Origin: Oligoflexia bacterium
GTDB lineage: Bacteria > Bdellovibrionota > UBA1018
Direction: 5' to 3'
Assembly (NCBI GenBank): GCA_963758495.1
Contig: CAVWVI010000004.1
Location: 288,001-352,000 of the forward strand
DNA: 64,000 nt
Part shown: positions 62,073 to 64,000 of the stretch, piece by piece
Layout: the number at the start of each line of letters is the position of its first letter
Numbering within the stretch: position 1 is the stretch's first letter
The notes under the pieces: model-generated
Seen by the model: the letters and a program-made list of their open reading frames with translations, nothing else
What the model was told of the DNA's origin: nothing
Databases searched by the model: none
Position numbers and translations under genes: made by a program

Positions 62073-63578
62073 TTACAAACCAGCTTGTTTACTGAGTTCA
62101 AAAATCCGATTGAGGACAACTTCTCGGCCCAAAATAGGCAATACCTGTTTGAGCTCAGGTCCATGAGTCTTACCTGTAATCACAGCTCGCATCGGCATAA
62201 AAAGAGATTTTCCTTTTGCACCCGTCACTGCTGATATTTTTCCAGGCAATGCAGCAACGAATGCCACAGAAAGATCCCCAGCTACAGATCTAAGCTCGGA
62301 TATAAGTGCCTCTACAACTTGTTTTGCTTGAGTGCCCTCTAACACCGATTTAGCTTCAGGCTCGAGTGCAGGAATCGAATCCAAAAATAGCTCCGCCGCC
62401 TGAGGTAGTTCACTCAGTAAAGCCACCTCACCTCTTACTGTATCAATCATGCTCTCAAACCATTCCTGAGAACGCCCTACCCGTTTAAATCCAGAACGTT
62501 CAAAAAAGGGTAAAGCACGCTGAGCAATCTCAGCTAAAGGGAGATGTCGAATATAATAAGAATTCATCCACTGTAACTTTTGAATATCAAAAACCGCAGA
62601 AGACTTTTGCAATCCTTCCAAATTAAATGCAGCAATCATCTCTTCGCGAGATAATATTTCAGGATGTCCAGAAACTGGCTTAAGACCTGCTTCAGGCCAC
62701 CATCCAAGTAGGACTAAAAAATTTAATAATGCTTCGGGAAGATATCCTTTTTCAAGATATTCAAAAACGGAAACATCCCCACTTCTCTTAGAAAGCTTTT
62801 GCCGATCTGTGCCTAAAACAAGAGCAATGTGGGCATACTCTGGAGGCTGCCAACCCAATGCTTCAAAAATCATCAACTGTCTTACGGAATTTGAAAGATG
62901 CTCCTCAGCTCGAATGACATGAGACATTTTCATTAAATAATCATCAATTGCACAACAGAAATTGTAGACAGGAAATCCCACTCCTTTAGCAATTTCTTTC
63001 TCATGTTCACTCGGACTTCGAGTGATAAAAAAATCGCCTACCATTCCTTCTTTGAATTCAACTCGCCCACGCACATGATCCTGTAATACATAACTTTTTT
63101 GGGGTGCGCGGAACCTGAGTCCTGCCTTTTTTCCACTATCAACCTTTTTTTGAGCTTCTTCAAACGGGATTCGTGCACAAGTGCCATCATAATGAGGAGT
63201 TCGGCCCAGCTTCATAGCCGCTTCTCTTTTTTGAGTTAAAAGATCATTTGTACAAAAACAATAATAGACCTTGTCTTCAGCTAAAAGCTTTTTGGCGTAA
63301 TGAGCATAAATATCCAACCTCTCAGATTGGCGATAAGGTTCATGGGCTCCTCCAAGGGATGGCCCCTCTTGGTAATCCAAACCTAATCGGTGAATATCCG
63401 AAAGTATCATTTCCTCACTTTCGCGAGTGCTTCGAGCTTGGTCAGTATCCTCGACACGTAAAACGAGAACCCCATCCATTTTTTTTGCATAAAGCCAATT
63501 AAATAAAAGAGTCCGGGCACCACCCACATGGAGATAACCCGTGGGACTTGGAGCAAATCTAACGCGAATCTGTTTCAC
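62073..63578 (-). CDS. gltX: glutamate--tRNA ligase
   Basis: RFAPSPTG, HVGG, RVEDTD, YRQSER, KLSKR. Confidence 0.97.
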   Translation of the reverse strand: MKQIRVRFAPSPTGYLHVGGARTLLFNWLYAKKMDGVLVLRVEDTDQARSTRESEEMILSDIHRLGLDYQEGPSLGGAHEPYRQSERLDIYAHYAKKLLAEDKVYYCFCTNDLLTQKREAAMKLGRTPHYDGTCARIPFEEAQKKVDSGKKAGLRFRAPQKSYVLQDHVRGRVEFKEGMVGDFFITRSPSEHEKEIAKGVGFPVYNFCCAIDDYLMKMSHVIRAEEHLSNSVRQLMIFEALGWQPPEYAHIALVLGTDRQKLSKRSGDVSVFEYLEKGYLPEALLNFLVLLGWWPEAGLKPVSGHPEILSREEMIAAFNLEGLQKSSAVFDIQKLQWMNSYYIRHLPLAEIAQRALPFFERSGFKRVGRSQEWFESMIDTVRGEVALLSELPQAAELFLDSIPALEPEAKSVLEGTQAKQVVEALISELRSVAGDLSVAFVAALPGKISAVTGAKGKSLFMPMRAVITGKTHGPELKQVLPILGREVVLNRIFELSKQAGL

Positions 63579-63610
63579 AGGAACAGACCCCCTTTTTTTA
63601 GCTGTCTGTT

Positions 63611-64000
63611 TTAGGAAGCAAAAATAGTCTGAATTTCTTGTTCAATGACTTCTTCTTTAGCCTTCTTTGCCAAAGAAATTTCTTTTACCAAAAGATGTTT
63701 CGCCTGGTCGAGCATTTTACGCTCCCCAAAAGATAAATCCTTACTATGTCGTAAAAGAAATAAATTCCTAAGAACTTCTGCAATTTCAAATATTGAACCT
63801 GTCTTAATCTTTTCCATGTACTCACGGTATCGACGATTCCAGGTTGTTTGATCAATCTTAACATTTCGTTCTTTCAAAATGTCATAAACTGTACCGACGT
63901 CTTTATTAGATATAATTTCACGAAGACCCACAGATCCTACATTATCGGTAGGAACCATAATCGTCATCTGATTATCAACCACCTGAAGGACGTAGAATTT
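63611..64000 (-). CDS. carD: CarD-family transcription factor (partial; start beyond the window)
   Basis: MVPT......GLR, TWNRRYR, KTGS.FEIAEVLR.L, LSFGERKML. Confidence 0.92.
   Translation of the reverse strand, partial: KFYVLQVVDNQMTIMVPTDNVGSVGLREIISNKDVGTVYDILKERNVKIDQTTWNRRYREYMEKIKTGSIFEIAEVLRNLFLLRHSKDLSFGERKMLDQAKHLLVKEISLAKKAKEEVIEQEIQTIFAS

Overview
This AT-rich bacterial chromosome segment is probably from Bdellovibrionota or a related deltaproteobacterial lineage; that assignment is inferred from gene content only. The housekeeping backbone includes an S66 LD-carboxypeptidase (partial, missed by the ORF track), engB, a sigma-54 activator, a FliL-like gene, nrdAB, accA-gmk-rel, recJ-secF-secD-yajC-tgt, queA-spoIID, a uracil-DNA glycosylase, uvrC, uvrB, a polar amino-acid ABC transporter with ARG-box-like sites, cysS-gltX and carD (partial). 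Three accessory blocks interrupt it. (1) About 12.3-20.7 kb: a polymorphic toxin locus behind a consensus sigma-54 promoter. Its lead protein is signal peptide / Q-P-rich region / coiled coil / HINT / nuclease-like tip, with no RHS or haemagglutinin repeats. It is followed by an Imm8-like immunity gene, a silent orphan cassette that repeats 383 bp of the HINT DNA with a different tip and immunity gene, and scraps of a possible third cassette. (2) About 28.3-37.9 kb: secreted hydrolases and envelope genes lying between queA and tgt. (3) About 54.7-60.5 kb: a toxin-first AbiE pair with a palindromic operator, an in-frame BrnT-BrnA-like fusion, a truncated HNH-family gene bracketed by inverted repeats, and a disrupted C-type-lectin gene whose 3' end looks like a DGR variable region. 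I saw no tRNA, rRNA, CRISPR array, integrase, transposase or reverse transcriptase. Family names come from recognising motifs by eye, not from database searches.
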